Positions 8,277-10,259 of a stretch of 10,259 bases of DNA are shown piece by piece. The DNA is taken from assembly GCA_000002435.2 (NCBI GenBank), contig AACB03000031.1; one strand, written 5' to 3'. Positions within the stretch are counted from its first letter, which is position 1. The number at the start of each line of letters is the position of its first letter. Position numbers and translations under genes: made by a program. Below the pieces are notes generated by a model. It saw only the letters and a list, made by a program, of their open reading frames with translations, did not search any database and was not told the origin of the DNA. Source of the stretch: Giardia intestinalis (taxonomy: Eukaryota).

Positions 8277-9097
8277 CCCGGGCGGACCCTGCAGGACTGC
8301 ATATCACGGCAAACCCTCCTGTGCGGACCGCGTGTCCCGGGCTCCCTGCCGGTCGGGAGATCCGCGCCCCTCGTTCTCCGTCCACCGTGCCCCGGGGAGG
8401 CCCTTGACTGCAAAACGATCGAATTGGAGGCTGACTGTGCATCCGGGCGCTCTGGGGGCCCTCTCCGGGGAGACCGCCCGAAACGACTTCTCGCGGGGAT
8501 CTCAGCAGCCGTGGCTATATACGGTCCGTCTCTAACCTATATGATTGCTGGCAGCGGGAGGGCACTGCGTGGGGGGCGGCCCCCCGGAAGGGCGCGGTCC
8601 GAGGAGGGGCCCCCGACCGGCCCTGGACCGACTGGGGCAGCCCCGGGTGCTGTGCGTGCGCCTGGCTGCAGCGGGGCCACGGGGCGCAGGAGGCCGCAGG
8701 AGAGACCGGAGTGTTTACTGGCCCGGGGATCGGCTGCTCTGGGCCGTCCGGGGGTCCTTCCGCGCTCTCCCCGCGGTCCCCCGGTCTCCTGCACCGGGCC
8801 TCCCCAGCGCCCGTCCCCGCACGTGGGCGTGTCTCCCGGTCGTGCGTGGCCTGCTGGAGGCGCTGGGCCTCCCTGCCGCCCTCTCTGTCTGGATCCCCCG
8901 GGCCGCCTCCCCGGGCCCCCTGCGGTCCTGCGCCGCCCCCCTGCGCACACGGGCGTCTCTCTGTGCAAGGCAGACCCGGTGGTGGGCGTGCACTGCCCCC
9001 TGGCCACCCCTTGGGGCACCCTGCACTCCCTCAATCTTCTCTTTCCGCGCTCTGCCTGTCTGTCTGCCCCGCACCCCCCAGAGCAAGTGGGCCGCGC

Positions 9098-9382
9098 GCC
9101 CCGCCCCGCGCTCTGCAGGCGCGTCCCTCAGGCGATCGCAGGGCTCTGCGCCGTACAGGAGCGCCGCGCCGGGTGGTCTCCCCGGGCGGGGGCCGCTCGG
9201 CGACGGGGCACGGGGCTGGGGCGCGCGGCCGGGCGGGGCGCGAGGCGGGGTGCGCGCTTAGAGGCGGTCAGCGCAGGGCCCCGGGCGCGGCGGCGCGGCG
9301 CTGCCCGGCCGGGCAACCGCGGGGCTGGCGGCCCGCGGCGGGCGTTCCTCTCGTACTGGCCCGCCGTGCTCTGGCCCCGGGG

Positions 9383-9435
<53 letters not shown>

Positions 9436-9485
9436 CCTTGAACGGGTGAACAATCCGACGCTTCCGCGCCGGTGCGCGCGGACGG

Positions 9486-9518
<33 letters not shown>

Positions 9519-9536
9519 GCGTCGCTGCGGGCGCTC

Positions 9537-9575
<39 letters not shown>

Positions 9576-10015
9576 CCACCTCCGCGCCCGCGGCCGGGGC
9601 GGCGAAGGATCGGTAGGCCCCGCTTTCGCGGCCCGCGCCGGCACGGGGGGCGCGGGTCGGGCGGGCTTGTGCCCTTCTGCTCCGCGGGAGGTCTCCGTCC
9701 TCGCTGAGCCCGCCGTGGGACGCCTGCGGTCCGGTGTAGCAGGCGCGCCGCCCCAGCCGAACTCCCCGCCCGGGCGGGTCCCCGCGCGACCGGGTGAGCG
9801 GGGCGGCGGCGGCCGTCAGGGTGTCTCAGGGCGCGGCCTCCCCTGTGCGCTGCGCCGGCCGCCCCGCCCCACAGGCCCGGGCTGGAGTCAAGCTCAAAAG
9901 GGTCTTCTTGCCCCGCTGGCCGGCCCTCGCCCGTTCCCGAGGCTGGAGGCTCGCGGAGGCGCGGCTCGGGCAGTGGGATCCTCGTTGGTCCATTCATGCA
10001 CGTCGGAAATTGCCC

Positions 10016-10067
<52 letters not shown>

Positions 10068-10259
10068 AGGGCTTCGGCGGATCGCTTCACGGTGACGGTC
10101 GTGGCACTGGGCAGAAATCACGTCGCGCCAGCGCCGGGTGCGGCCCTCGCGACGCTGTGTTTCTAGTAAACAGTCGGGATCCCCGCGTCCGTTCCAGTTC
10201 TGACCCGGCGCGCCGTCAGAGCCACTCCTTTTCCCGAGGTTACGGAGCCGGCTTGCCGA
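9098..10259 (-). rRNA. Large-subunit rRNA, 3'-proximal ~1.16 kb of a third unit. Its 5' part lies beyond the window end.
   Basis: Copy of 3541-4704. The sarcin-ricin loop reverse complement is at 9344-9357, GTGAGACAGGTTAGTTTTACCC reverse complement is at 9389-9410, and the GTAACTATGACTCTCTTAAGGTAGCC reverse complement is at about 10030-10056. Confidence 0.85.

Larger units (their letters stand above)
7924..9097 (-). other. Intergenic spacer, second copy. Net 8 bp shorter than the first.
   Basis: Copy of 2359-3540. The offset drifts from +5565 at the SSU 5' end to +5557 at the sarcin-ricin loop. Confidence 0.55.
1..10259. repeat. Tandem rDNA array, about 1.84 units. The local period varies between 5555 and 5565 bp because of small indels between copies (window position 1 matches 5564; 10259 matches 4704).
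   Basis: Seen in sequence: 1-60 recurs at 5564-5623. The SSU 5' end motif lies at 2341-2358 and again at 7906-7923. The sarcin-ricin loop lies at 3787-3800 and again at 9344-9357. Every ORF in the supplied track appears twice with near-identical translation. Confidence 0.95.

Noticed and set aside
1-10259. Dozens of long ORFs on both strands in the supplied six-frame track, including 5260-6978 (572 aa), 7258-8442 (394 aa), 2665-3837 and 8217-9389 (390 aa).
   Set aside because: They are artefacts of ~80% GC, where stop codons (TAA, TAG, TGA) are rare. Translations are low-complexity runs rich in Arg, Pro, Gly and Ala. Each ORF appears twice at the repeat period. Most overlap universally conserved rRNA cores or span boundaries between rRNA genes and spacers. 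Mirror-image ORFs cover the same DNA on both strands. None shows a codon-usage, start-context or domain signal I can recognise.
1-10259. CRISPR array, or a mobile element flanked by long direct repeats.
   Set aside because: The only long direct repeat is the 5.56-kb rDNA unit itself. There are no short regularly spaced repeats with unique spacers. No unit is interrupted by an insertion, since unit lengths agree within 10 bp, so I see no evidence of a transposon, retroelement or group I intron in either the SSU or the LSU.

Overview
The whole 10,259-bp window is ribosomal DNA: about 1.84 head-to-tail copies of a very compact rRNA repeat, about 5.56 kb long and about 75-80% GC. All rRNA genes lie on the minus strand. 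Reading the minus strand from the high-coordinate end, the order is: partial LSU 3' part, spacer, SSU (7923-6470), ITS1, 5.8S, ITS2, complete LSU (about 6234-3540), spacer (3540-2359), SSU (2358-906), ITS1, 5.8S, ITS2, then the LSU 5' part (670-1) cut by the window edge. Identification rests on universal rRNA motifs read directly from the sequence: the SSU 5' end CATCCGGTCGATCCTGCCGGA, the 530 loop, the 1400 region, the SSU 3' end GTAGGTGAACCTGCGGATGGATC, the LSU 5' GAACTTAAGCATATCA, the peptidyl-transferase region and the sarcin-ricin loop. The SSU is 1453 nt with that diplomonad-type 5' end, ITS1 and ITS2 are minute, the unit is about 5.56 kb, and GC is extreme. I infer from memory, without a database search, that this is the Giardia intestinalis (lamblia) rDNA unit or a very close relative. 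I find no protein-coding genes. The many long ORFs on both strands arise because stop codons are rare in 80% GC DNA. Each occurs twice because the unit is repeated, and most overlap rRNA cores, so I reject them. Things worth a second look: (i) a roughly 130-bp imperfect tandem duplication holding the only AT-rich boxes of the spacer, placed about 100-340 bp upstream of the SSU, which is a candidate RNA polymerase I promoter or upstream element; (ii) a low-GC island in mid-spacer; (iii) a strand-skewed block dense in G runs on the sense strand at the LSU 3' end and proximal spacer; (iv) several 1-bp indels, mostly in homopolymer runs, that distinguish adjacent repeat units, some inside conserved rRNA cores. 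These are either real non-homogenised copies or homopolymer sequencing/assembly errors. The 5.8S, ITS and especially LSU 3' boundaries are approximate (about +/-10 nt for 5.8S, +/-100 nt for the LSU 3' end).
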